Positions 37,301 through 49,917 of a stretch of 64,000 bases of DNA are shown one piece after another. The notes under the pieces were generated by a model. It was not told the origin of the DNA. It was given only the letters and a program-made list of their open reading frames with translations, and made no database searches. Made by a program: the position numbers and the translations under genes. This DNA is from Marsupella aquatica (Eukaryota; Plantae; Marchantiophyta). The stretch lies in NCBI GenBank assembly GCA_973895155.1, contig OZ316896.1:6128166-6192165 (forward strand), written 5' to 3'. Position 1 is the first letter of the stretch; each line of letters starts with the position of its first letter.

Positions 37301-40300
37301 TTGGAACCTCAAAGGATTGAGAGTGAAGGACCTGTATATCTAAATATGACATTGAAGCTCATGTTGAGGACTAGAGGAGACAGTGTCAATGCAGTCCTTA
37401 GCCTCAAAGACCTCACCATTCAAGAAGATGCAAATAGTGTCAGAGAGGCACCTAATTGACAACAAGCTGCCAAAGCCCTTGTCTTTGCAGGGCCTTCATA
37501 TGATCAAACTTACGAATACAATCAACATGGACCAGGTTCCAGGGTACATTGAAACAAACCCACAGTCTTCTTTGCAGGAGGCGCATTTGCATGGTGCTCG
37601 TGACAAAGGCTGGGACCAGTCATTCGAGTTTCACACCCTATTTTGCCTCTGGGCAAGGATTTGAAACCTCACATCTCACTCTGAAGAGAAAGAGCAAACA
37701 TGAAGGGCTAACAGGCATCCTTGATTACGAGGGTTGTAGTGCTAATCCCTTATACTTCCATATGATTTAGGGTGTCTCAAATTTTCAGAATTATGGATGA
37801 TGACTTTTGGCCACAAAGAAATGATCATAACTTTTTCACAGGGTTATGTAAAGTTTTTTTGATTTTTTTTGCTAACCTCTACAGGGACTAGTGGTCATGG
37901 CATATGTCCAATCCTTATGGCAAAAGTTATGGACTGCAAATTTGGTAGTCCCTAACTGTTTGCGTCAATAACCTTAACTATGAAGTTAAGCCCCATCGAA
38001 TTGTGAACTTTGAGACTCCCTATTACATTTTAAAACTACTGGATTGTTATGACATTGGAAAGTTCTTGCCTCCATCTGGGTAGCTTATGGGATGTTTGTG
38101 TCTATCGCAACTCCCGATTCTTAATTTTGTCCTTAGCCCACCTATGGAAGAAAATCAAAGCAATACCTTCACTCTTTAGAGAGAAAATGTAGCTCCTCCC
38201 GCTGGATTGCTATTACTCTTTGTCAGAGTTTCATTGCAGGAATAGCATCCCCTTCGAGATTGGGAAAATGCAATGATGGACTTTCTACTGTAACCCTGGA
38301 TGTGGGGCATTGTCAGTACTCTAACGCACTTATTATCACTACATGTGCGGGTATCCAAATTTCACTCCAGAGTTGTTTTAAGCGATAAAAGTTTATTATA
38401 TTGATCTGCTCAATATTTAAATTTAGTTACAAAACCGTACTACGCCTTGGACTCCTATTGGTTTTTCTTCTTGTTAGTACAGTCCATTACAATCCAAATT
38501 TCGTAGTTCAGGGTTCCAGTTATGTCAGCGTTCAGCCTACCCTACCCACCCTCCATTTCCTACCCTACCCCCTGCTCTAGACAACCGTAACGTGAGTTGC
38601 GTAAAAGTAGCATGCGGGTCCTCTTTTTATAGTGCCGTCTAGCCGTCGATGTGATTCGATTTGTCCGCTTTGCAGAACAGTTACATAGAATATAGAATAC
38701 TATCATTTCTTTGACAGTGTTGCAAGAAAATTCATATCTGACAAGAATGACAACTACGAAACTGCATGTCATTGGCCTGGAGCTGCTTTGACCATTATAA
38801 ATATAATGTTATGACCTTTTATGACGCTCTTGTCCACCTCTTGGACAACTTTTACTCCATGGTGAGACTTGTCAGTGGTGACCTTTCAAAGCGAGTGATG
38901 TCATTTTGAGTACAGCTTCTTGATTTTTATTGGCGGGACACTGACTTACCAGGCCAATTGGAGTACGGTTTTGTTTTTCCTTGTGTTCTCCACGGGCCCC
39001 ACAACCTTGTTTACCACATTCTGAAATCTTTCCATGACACTAGGACAAAGTTTGTTTCCCTTGCCTTGCTGCCGTGTTCTCGCTCGTAGGAGTCTTTTTT
39101 AATTTATTTGTTCGGCATAAGAGGGTTAGAGACGTAAATGTAGAGCTGGAAACTCATAAAAGCATGTTGAGTTTAACTCAAAAAAAGCGTAACCCAAGAC
39201 GCTCCCCTTCGGCCCTTCAAGCTCCCTATCACTAAAACTCCAGCAAAAGACTTGATGGGGGGCCTCTACTGTAGGTAAAGATATCCCTGACTAGCCCCTC
39301 ACTTTTGAAATACACTCCCTGGGCCCCTTGTCCCGGTAGCTCTTACTCATGACTTTGTGTGATTAAGTTTTCACTTTATTAATTCTATCAATGTATGTAT
39401 AGCTATGTATCTCAGGCAATCAGATGTACTCCTTGGAAGTATTTTTCCATGAAGTATTTTTCCATGTAATTTTTTGATAATACTAACATATAATAGATAC
39501 ATAGTACTTAGGAGGACTTTACAAAACATGGGGGCAATTGGGAGTTTTTTTTACCAAAGCAACTGGAGGGCCATTGCACACACTAAATATAGTGTCCCGA
39601 GGCTAAAAGCATTTTTTGAATCCTTTTATTGCCCCCAAGGTCTTGTAAAGCCAAGTGCAGCCAATGGTGCCAGATTAATTGACTAAAAGACAGATTGAGG
39701 ACCCACTCCACCTGAATGTCACTTAATCTTTGGCTAAAGTCTTTGTAAATGTGAGAAAATAATATCTTATGAAGGACTTGTGAGCCCCTTTTTATTACAA
39801 ATGACTTAAAGTAAAAATGGACCAAGCGGCCAGAAGAAGAGACCACCAAGAGAGGTGGTCTAAAATCTAGGACAAAAGAGTGCTCCACATAAGCAAAAAT
39901 TGGGCCCCACTGCATTCCATGTAGGATTGGTAACAGGTTCGGTTGAAAGTGCCCCCAAGGTTTTGTAAAGTGAACAGCAGCAATTTCTCTCAAATGGATG
40001 GCCTTGATCAGATCTTGGACACCAAAAAAATGTGGAAACTGCCCCCAACGTCTTGTAAAGCCACCCTTAGACCCTGTCACTCCCTCTGTTCATTTTATTC
40101 TTATTTTGAAATATTTTTGCACAGAAAGTACTTGGTATTTACTCTCTTTACTTATTCCCCAAAAATCTTTACTTAATATTTATTCATCAGCCACTCACAA
40201 CCCTATTTTCAATTATCTTTGACCTTTCACAGGTGATTAGACATTTCAATCACTAGGATTGAATTGATGAATTTCAGGTATGTGGGTATGTGTCTCTTTG

Positions 40301-40449
40301 ATTGTACCCTGTAGACTAAAGTCTTGGTGGATTGTGATGGTTTTCAAAACTGAAATAAGCAGGATTTGGGTATTAAATCGCATGCTGAACTTATCACTGT
40401 TGTTATAGTTATACAGATAGGACTGGTGATGACACGCAAAGTGAATTTG

Positions 40450-40670
40450 TTACGGACCCGCATTAGGGGTCCCTTGAAAATTCTCTCACACGAGGATGTG
40501 CCACATCAGCAAGGATGGTGACAAAAGACAGAGCCGCTTTTCTGGAAAACAAAAAGGTCCTTGTCATATTTGTGTTCATATTCATGTAAATTATGGGGTG
40601 CCATACCAGTATTAAGCATAAAAACCAGAATACAAAGGAAGAGATGTCATTTTTTCACTTGGTTACTATG
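40450..40670 (+). mobile_element. Copy of repeat block B, preceded by weak block-A similarity (~40250-40450)
   Basis: TTACGGACCCGCATTAGGGGTCCCTTGAAAATTC... Confidence 0.65.
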
Positions 40671-41775
40671 TAATTAGTTAGATAATTGCCTTAAAATAAC
40701 GTAAATAAGTAAGTAACGGCTCATACCTGATCCTCTCTCTTTCGATGAGAGAGATACCAACGAGAGATGATTGTGAACAAGGTACTGCCATTCTGTCACA
40801 TTGCGTTAAAGAAAAGGAGGAGCGATCTTCAGTCGAGTTTTGAGTTTGAGTTTGAGTTGTGAGGTGAAATGGTGGATACCGTATGATTGTATAACTTGCA
40901 CACACTTAAAGAATCGTCACCAACTCAAGAAATGCAACATCAAAAGATGTCCACCTCCCTTTCTTGATGAAGGGTTGTCACAATCCCGTCACCATCACAA
41001 ACTTAGCCGTTGCAAATTGATTTCTTCCATCGTCATCACTTGTCCGCAATGCTTGCTTCTTGGCTTGAATTGTTCGCGTCCCTCCAAACTCACTCTGAAC
41101 AAAGGTTGACGCCAAATGCAACCTCTATATTGAAGAAACAATTGTTGATCTCCCCCTCACACCATAGCTTTCTTAAATAAAAAACTACAAAACCTTCATG
41201 TGAAGCTCGTCCGTTTGTGCATTTCCTCCCACCAAAACAACAAAGCGCTCTTCTGCCAACAACTGAGTGAACATTGTCCTCTGGTCTATCTTGTGGCCGT
41301 AATACTCAACGTAACTCATAAACAATCAATCATGAATGGTAGAAACATGATTTCTCCAATGTGTAAGCAAAAACCATAAAAAAACTCAATTCCTCCACAT
41401 TCAACATTCCGTTTGATAAACCAAAGAATCATCTCAACTAGATTGATCTCCTCTATCTTTCGAGCGTTTTCTTTTGTACGAGCACACATCAAGACCACCG
41501 GGAGACTCAAACCATCGATTACCGCATTGCTGAAAATTGATTTCACTTCATCATACACACATTCCTTGGATGAACATGGGGGTCCATGGATTAATTTAGT
41601 GTCACTTTGAGTAATCATAGAGACGTGAAGTGCAATATGATTTTGATAGCTAATTGTATTGTTGTTGCATTAACATAGAGCTCAAATTCTTAAGGTCATT
41701 TAACTGCTTTTATAAATGTTATTGTGTGCATGCTCTAAGTTCATTTGTATGAATTCAATTGATGCCTTGCAAATT

Positions 41776-41896
41776 CAATTAATGCCTTGTGTACTAAGCT
41801 AAAGAATAGACATTGTTGTTTAATTGGCATTGTGTGCAATTAATGCCTTGTGTACTAATCTAAAGAATAGACATTGTTGTTTAATTGGAATTGTAT
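41776..41896 (+). repeat. 2 x 61-bp tandem duplication
   Basis: CAATTAATGCCTTGTGTACTAA.CTAAAGAATAGACATTGTTGTTTAATTGG.ATTGT at 41776 and 41837. Confidence 0.9.
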
Positions 41897-41991
41897 AAAT
41901 TGCATAAATACTCTACCTAAGAGAACTCTCCTCTTAAAAAACAACTTTCACAAAAACAACACCAAAGAAATGCTCACATTCATGTGATTAT

Positions 41992-42220
41992 GTACGGATC
42001 TCCATTAGGGGTCTCTTGAAAATTCCTGGCACAAGAGCATGCCATATTAGCAAGGATGAGAACAAGCATGATATGATGGTTTTGGGAAGACAAATAAACA
42101 ACCGAATCTTGTTTGCAACAATTTTTGTGTAACTTTTGGGTCGCCATGCCGGAAACCCTAAGCAGTTAAAAAACCAATATAAAAAGGAAGAGATGAAAAG
42201 TTTCACAACAATAACCAGTT
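41992..42220 (+). mobile_element. Copy of repeat block B
   Basis: GTACGGATCTCCATTAGGGGTCTCTTGAAAATTCCTGGCAC.AGAG..., colinear with the 32926 and 40450 copies. Confidence 0.65.
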
Positions 42221-42655
42221 TACGTACCTTGTTTGTAGTTTTGTAAATTCAGATTATTCATATAATAATATTCACTCAATTGACATCAAGCTGAACTTTT
42301 GAACTGTCAACCAGAACAAAACTGAATCAAAATTTGAAATCCCTAAGCCAAGAATTTGAGTGGGCAACCTCAATACACATCAGTTCACCAGCCCTGTCCT
42401 GGAGTTAAACACAAATCAATTGAATGGAGCTCCTGACTCTAAAATCCATGGCAGAGCAAGAAAGAATGTTGTGAAAGCTCACAAAGTTGAACACTAAGTT
42501 TATGGGAGCTCAGGGAGTAAGACACAATGAAGAACTCTAGGTGAGTTAGGATAAAGTCACTTTTAGAAGCATTAGTGCAATTTCACCCCTTAATTAAACA
42601 TGTAGCAGCTCATATTGGGTTGGAACCATAACTCACTACAAAATCGAGTCAAAAT

Positions 42656-45600
42656 TGTTGAACTATGACGTCTTCCTTCATGACGATCCAATCATTACTC
42701 ATTCCATGCACACATAGTCGACACAATCTCTTCGTGGTTCACCTCTTCTCTAAGGCTATGTCCACACAAACACTCAAGCTTTATTTCACTTAGAGTAGAC
42801 AAACACACATGCTCTCCCTCTTCCTCAAGTTGCTGTGTTACAATGAGTAAGCAACATGAGTGAAAAAGGTTTGGCTGTTCTTCAAAAAAAGGAATTATTT
42901 TCCAATTTACAATCTTGTAAGTTAGATTTCTGTGAACATTGTGTGCTTGGAAAGCAACATAGAAAACCCTTCGGAGTTGGAACTCACACTAGCAAGGAGG
43001 TACTTGAGTATGTACATAGTGATGTGTGGGGACGAGCCCCTACTCCCTCACATTTTGGAAGACTTTACTATGTCAAGTTCATTGACAATTACTCAAGGTA
43101 TGTGTGGATATACTTTCTACACAATAAGTCTGATGTTTTTGCCACTTTTAAGGAGTGAAAAGTCCAAGTTGAGAATCAAACTGATAACAAGGTGAGATAT
43201 CTTTGATCGAATAATGGCGGTGAATATGGTTCTAGTGAATTTGGAATGTATTATAAAGAGCAAGGGATTACATGCCATCTCACAACAAGTTATACTCCTC
43301 AGCAAAGTGGTGTTTATGAGAGGCTCAACCGAACACTATTGGAGCGCTCAAGGAGTATGTTGAGCCAATCATGCTTACCACATGAATTTTGGACAAAAGC
43401 TGTCAACACTGTAGCTTTTTTGGTAAATTTCTCTCCATCTAGTGCAATTGGATTCAAGACGCCATTTGAAATGAGGTGCGGTCGTCAAGCGGATTATTCA
43501 CATCTGAGGGTTTTTGGATGTGATGCTTATGTCCTTACACCTTCCCAGCTTTGGTCTAAGTTGGAGTCCAAGTCGAGGAAGTGCATATTCCTTGGATATC
43601 ATAAAGGTGTAAAAGGTTATAGGTTATAGGATCCAGTAACCTCTAAGTTAATTATCGTAGAGATGTTTCCTTTAATGAATCCAGATCATCAAAGAAGGGG
43701 TAGAATGCTCAGGCTTCTTGTACTGACAAAGGAAAATCTCTTATCCCGGACCATGTTGAGGGGGAGATTGGTCATAAGGGTTTTCATGACATAATTGAAT
43801 GAGGTGCTCCGATAATGGAGCTGGTTCTGGTGATGGAACAAGAGGAGCAAGTTGTTGTTGGAATACCTCAAATCAACCAACAAAGTAAGATCAACCAGAA
43901 TCATCAGCTAGAAAATTGAGACAAACTACTCAAGCTCTTACAAGGTATGGACAATGGATAGATTCATCAAGGTTAGATGATGCTGATATTGCACTTGATG
44001 ATGATGACAGATCACTGATCTTGGAAGCAGGAGAACCGTCTTCATATCATGAGGCAAGTATTTCAGACAAGACAGATGAATGGAATACAACAATGCATAG
44101 GGAGTTGCAATCTTTAAGTGAAAACAAAATATGGGAGTTGGTGCAACTATCAAATGATCAACAAGTGGTGGACAACAAGTGGATTTACAAGCTGAAGGAC
44201 AACTCTTCAAAAGGAGGAGACAAATATATACAAAGCAAGGCTTGTTGCTAAGGGATTCACTCAGGAGAAGGGAGTGGATTACAATGAGGTCTCCTCACCA
44301 GTTACCAAGTATTCCACGATACAAATTTTGCGTCAACTTGTTGTGTTTTTTGATCTGGTGTTAGATCAAATGGATGTGGTTACTGCTTTTCTCTATGGCA
44401 CCTTGTAGGAACAAATCTTCATGAGGCAACCATTGGGCTTTGTGAAGAAGGGCCAAGAGAGTTTAGTTTGCAGGTTGCTTAAGTCCCTGTATGGATTGAA
44501 GCAAGTTCCTCGACAATGGAACAAGCGATTTGATGATTTCATGCTTGCACACGGATTCACTAGGATGGTGTATGACCCTTGTGTGTATACAAAATCAGTC
44601 AAGAATGGTGTGTTTGGTTTACTCATTCTGGTGCTCTATGTGGATGACATGTTGATTGTGGCTAAGGATTAATCTGAGGTTGACAAACTCAAAGCGAAAT
44701 TGAATTCTGAATTCCGAATGAAGGATCTTGGGAAAACCAAAAGGATCTTAGGTATGGAGATTACCTTGAGACTAGACAATTGTGGCTGAATCAAGGCAAG
44801 TATGCTAAAAAAGTACTTGCAAGATTCAACATGGAGAATTGTAAGCCAGTAAGTAGTCCTTTGGCTCCACATTTTAAGTTATCATCAGCTTTCTGCCCCA
44901 CGAATCTAGTGGAGAGAGGCTTGATGATTAAGGTTCCTTATGAGAAGGCAGTGGGCAGTCTAATGTATATGATGATGTGTACCAGGCCAGGTCTAGCCCT
45001 AGCAATAGGCAAAGTGAGTAGATTCATGTCAAATCCAGGGAAGGTACACTTGGAGGCTGTGAAATGGATTCTCAGGTATCTTAAGGGCACAATAGACTAT
45101 GGTCTGTTGTTTGAAAGTAGATCAAACAAAACCAAATTTTTGGTTGACTATGTAGATTTTGACTACGGAGGCTGTATGGAAACAAGGAGGTCAACGACTA
45201 GGTATGTGTTTACTCTTGGAGGAGGATGCATAAGTTGGAGATCTACTTATGCATCCTCACTATTTGTCTTCTCAGTGAGGAGGTGTGTATCTCAGTCTAC
45301 TACAGAAGAAAAATATGTTGCAGCAGCAGAAGTAGCAAAGGAAACAATTTGGTTGGATAAGCTGGTCACTAAGATGAGATTGGAGTATGGAAAAATGGCT
45401 CTTCATTGTGATAGCCAAAGTGCGCTTCACCTAGCTATTAACCAAGTTATGGATAGCAGGGTGAAACACATTGACATCAGGTACCATTTTATTAAACAAG
45501 CAGTGTCTGATAAAGTGTTTGAGCTAGTCAAGATTGATGGAAAGCTCAACCCGGCTGATGCTTTTACCAAAATGATTTCTTTGGAGAGTTACTCAAGACA

Positions 45601-46170
45601 CCATGCTACTTTGCAAGTTTTGCATTTTCAAGCACAAGTAGAGTAACTTAACAATATGTAATTTCTGTATATGGGTTACTCAATCCTGTTATGGTTACGG
45701 CTTAATTCTAGTTAACCCTTAGTTAACCTTAAATGTTTTTTAGGGGAACACCTATGGTTTTAGGTGATTGTCTAGAATTTCCCGCTGAGTATCTCATATG
45801 GATAGCAAAAATTGTAGTCCCCAAGACTAGAGTTAAGGGGGAGTTTGTTAAGGATTGTTCTTAGTCTTGTGACTCATAGGTTACGGCACTTACGCTAACC
45901 ACAGTTAGAGTCTTAGTTGAGGTTAGGTTAGTCGTGTGTGACTTTGTATATACCAGGGCTAGTGTAAGCCGGTGGTGTGGGTTGCTTACTCATTGTAACA
46001 GAGCAACTTGAGGAAGAGGGAGAGCATGTGTGTTCATCTACTCTTGAAGTAAAGCTTGAGTGTTTGTGTGGACGTAGCCTTAGAGAAGAGGTGAACCATG
46101 TAGAGATTGTGTTGACTACGTGTGCATGAAATGAGTAATGATTGGATCGTCATGAAAGAATTACTCATCA
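42656..46170 (+). mobile_element. Ty1/Copia pseudo-element lacking gag/PR: inverted R-U5, GAG-pre-integrase, integrase, RT, RNase H, PPT and 3' LTR
   Basis: HMSEKGL..CEHCVLGKQHR, YVHSDVWG, TPQQSGVYERLNRTL, KSLYGLKQ.PRQW, LYVDDML, LHCDSQSAL...KHIDIRYHFI with stops and frameshifts (42856-45646). PPT AAGGGGGAG ~45835-45843; LTR 45846-46170; 42656-42855 is the reverse complement of 45981-46170. Confidence 0.93.
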
Positions 46171-47106
46171 TAAATAAAACTAATGTTGGGTTTATGAAGG
46201 GATCCTTTGGATCTGCTTTGGACTGGGAGCATGTCCCAATGAGGAGTGCCTGTGTGATGTGAGGCGTTAACATCTATTCCACCATAGCCAACCTCCCCCC
46301 TTCTCTATGATAGATATCTTGATCGCTCACAAACGCCGTATATGTACACAAAGCTCTCAAGAATTTATTTATGAATTGCACATCACAGTTGCATGAAGTC
46401 TGCATCGCTCACTGCCCACCAACTAACAGATGTATGGTCCATCAACTCTGTTTATGGGACCTAGTTAATGAATTTTAGAATTGGGGGGGAGGTAGCACTG
46501 ACCGGCCCAGGCCATAAGGGAGGAGTTACGGCCTCCCTTCAGTTTCATAGCTTATATCCTTTTTTCTGTCAATCTCGATCAACCGTCCTCTCAAATGCAG
46601 CATCCATTACCCCAACAAGCAAGCCCACATATATTCAGTCACAGTTTTTTGGATTTCTGGATTTCCGTATAAGGTTTTGGGAAAGTATTTAAGATTATTG
46701 GTCATGTGTTGAGCCTGTGAGTTTTCCTTACAATAGCCAAAGATTGACTCCCATAGCTTCTACAGGGGTTCACTTGACTCTTGAGCTATGGGAAGGAGTC
46801 GGGCGTGTTTGAAGGCTCTACGAGGACAAGGCCGGGCTGGGCAAAGGGGAGCAGTTGTGGGTTAAGGTAACCAACCTGGGTTCTGAGCCAGCCAACCACA
46901 TGCTTCCGGGGGCATAATTATGGATCACGACAACCTGGCTATGGTTTGGGGGTAGTACTGTAAAAACTGTGTAATAAAGTCAACTAAGTTGTAAAAAGAT
47001 GTTCTTATGAATCCTGGCTTCAAATACCTATTGGCTTATAGTTCCACAAGGCCCTCTAGGACTCATGGACACCCAAAATAATCTTTAGAATATATTATTT
47101 CTATCT

Positions 47107-48064
47107 TTACGCCCATGACAAGTCCATTCCAAAATTCCTTGCCTACGTACATAAGTGGTTTCTGCCACAACCACTAAGTAATGGCAATGTTTGCAGTGGC
47201 AAACAAATACAACCATTGTGTTTGTTGCAATACTAACTAAAAATATATTTAGACCTGGGATCGGAAAACCTCAAGAAAATTGAGAATGAACATACCGAAT
47301 GACAAAGAGTGAGGTCAGGAAAGTAACCATATGTAGCCATTTTATTTACTTTTTGAAATTATAATTAATTATTTCTTTGTACTTATTTCATTTACTTAAA
47401 AATACAACCACTAGCTCCAGCCAGCTGATCTGATTGATTGGCGCATAGGATCAATCATTGGCTAACAAAGAGGACCGTGGACAATGGTGCACAACCATCA
47501 CAAGAAAAGATTTGAGGGATCAGATTTCTTAGATTGAATGCTCAAATCAAATATATGATAATAATGATGAGGGTGTGCACATTAAGCTGATAGTCTAAGT
47601 TACTCAGTTGTGTTTTTGGTTTTCATATGTGTCTGTGCTACTTGGGGTACATTAGCATCTTAAGGTGCATCTCAGTCCAACGGGCTCAAGACATCAGATG
47701 AAAGGGATTGAAGGGAAATGAAAACCAAAAAATTGAGCCAGGATGGGGGACAAAACGGAGAAAGAAAATGTGGTAAGGTAGTGGGCAAGGAGGTTTGCAA
47801 GTTTCCAAGTAGTTAAGATTTAACTACTACTTAGTTTCACTTTTGCTGAGAAAGTTTAGGGTTAATCCCTCATTATTTTAAATTTTATGTTCATTTAACT
47901 CAAGGGATTGAAGTTTAGTAATGAGGCACTCTGGTAGGGTTTTTTTGCATGAATTGTATTAAAAATTTAGCAAGTAGGAAAAGCAGTAGAAAATACAAAG
48001 GCGGGAACCATTCAACATTTGGTCTTCATGTGTCACAATATAAGGTTTTGGAATGGATAGTTAT
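47107..48064 (+). mobile_element. ~0.96-kb unit-length copy of the TTAC-hairpin family (block B followed by block A)
   Basis: Starts TTACGCCCATGACAAGTCCATTCCAAAATTCC (degenerate B start) and ends ...ATAAGGTTTTGGAATGGATAGTTAT (A end). Confidence 0.6.
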
Positions 48065-49369
48065 TCCACTCCTTTGGGCATCTTGTTGGTATTATCAAAG
48101 CATATATCATCCCACCCTCCCAACCCTCAAGATACAAATGGCTGGGTGTCCCCAAATCCCATCAATTACTGAATTCTTTTTAGTACTCTTTGAGAGAATT
48201 ACTGAAATTGGCAAATGAGTGAAGATCTACGAGGGAAAATCTGTGGAACTACGCTAATATTTACTTATAAATAAACAAGTTCAATCCTTGTGTGTTGCAC
48301 AAAAAGACGTTGTAGCAAAAACTTGTCCTTGCATTAAAGATGTCATTGCACAAAAGATGCCATTAAGTAAAATATGTGGTTGCTCCAAAGAGGGTGTACC
48401 ACATGTCTCTTGTGTTGACATTTTGTGTGTTTGTACGGTGTTGCACATGTGCATGTTGTCTTATGAGTAGCAGTTGAGTTTACTCAATAGAATTGCCATT
48501 GTGGTGGGAGACCTGTTTGGCTATTCATTATGGTGATTATGTTTTACTAACAATGATACGAGCCTAAAGGTGCACTGTGCATCGTTCTACCCCCAACCCC
48601 TCATTCTCCTTGCAGCTCACACACCCCTTGAAATTCAGTATTGGACCGACTTGCCAACTCCTCCTAGCATTCAATGGCCTGGACATCTCATTTATGTTCA
48701 ACAACACTTCTACTCATTGCACTTACTATAGACTTCCAAAGAACCAAACCTAGAGGAGAAAGAGGATCCCACAGTCCCAAGCAAGGAAAAGAAGAAGGGA
48801 AAATCTCAATAAAAGGCATAAAAAGCCTGAGAATCCTTTCGAAGCAACAAATGAAATAGTAGGGTGTCTCAGACATGGCAAAATTTCATGCCCAGGACTG
48901 TAGTTGGCCAGGGCAAAGGGAAGGACTGGTCGGGCACCAAATGTGAGGCCCAGCCAATAACAATTCCGGGAATTGTGACCAATATGGAGGGCCCAACCGT
49001 TACGGGGAAGAGGTCCCGATTGCAGAGTAGTCATTGACTTAGGGTTGCCATTCACACACACTATCGCGACCCCCTCAAAGTTGACTGCCCGAGAAGATCG
49101 TCGCCCGATTGTACCCAGTTTCGGTGCGCCCGAGCTAAGTGCGAGCAGCCTCTAATAGGGCGTCTCAAAATGAGAAGTCGCGGCCATTTTAGGGTGACCG
49201 GGTTCGCGTCCGAGCGACCCGCGGCCCATTCTGGTCGGCCGACCGTTTTGTTAGCCGCACTGTTTGGTCCGGGACTTTTCATGCTGACCGCGACATAACC
49301 CGTAACCGTGGACTGAAGTTACCTGTGTAAGTGAGACTCCTCCTCTGAAGGCAAACGACGTGTGTTTGA

Positions 49370-49790
49370 ACTCGAGAGGGAGTGTGTTGTGCTGTGCAAG
49401 GGACTCGAGAGGGAGTGTGCTGCGCGAGCGACTGGTGCAAGGGACTCGATGCTGCTGTGCTTCGAGCTGCTATGCGTGAAGGTCGAGCCTGGTTGAAGAA
49501 GAGAGAGAGTGTGCGACTGGTGCGAGGGAGAACGAGCTGCTGTGCAATCAATGCGGTGAAGGTCAAGCCTGGTTGAAGAAGAGAGGGAGTGTGCGACTGG
49601 TGCGAGGGAGAACAAGCTGCTGTGAAGTCGATGTGAAGCTCGAGCCTGGTGCCCCAAGTCGATGCTGCGTCTTTGATCTAGAGGCTGTTTAAGGAGTTCA
49701 TGCTGTGTTCGGTGGTGAAGGTCGAGCCATTGCTGCTTACTGCTCGGCATTTGAAGGTGGTTTTTGGTGGTGAAGGTTGAGCCTGACCTC
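49370..49790 (+). repeat. Complex tandem repeats in the left arm of the transposon (includes 2 x ~81 bp)
   Basis: GTGAAGGTC.AGCCTGGTTGAAGAAGAGAG.GAGTGTGCGACTGGTGCGAGGGAGAAC.AGCTGCTGTG twice, plus GGGACTCGAGAGGGAGTGTG and GTGAAGGTCGAGCC subrepeats. Confidence 0.85.
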
Positions 49791-49917
49791 GAGGTTCGTA
49801 TCTCTACCGTTTCACTGTTATTCTGAAAGATTTGAAAGTGTTTTTTAGTTTGCTCAATGTCGCTCAATGTCAGCCATCCGTTGCCCAAAGTCTGCTCTCC
49901 TGTTCTTCATCCAGGCA

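Noticed and set aside
37070-37740. Possible Gypsy post-integrase/PPT remnant
   Set aside because: No diagnostic domain motif could be read with confidence.
38770-39090. Minus-strand exon-like pieces with GTAAGT/AAAG splice-like sites
   Set aside because: Short, stop-containing, with no recognisable protein similarity.
49319-49888. 189-aa minus-strand ORF as a fourth transposon gene
   Set aside because: It translates tandem repeats, has low complexity and starts at a non-ATG codon.
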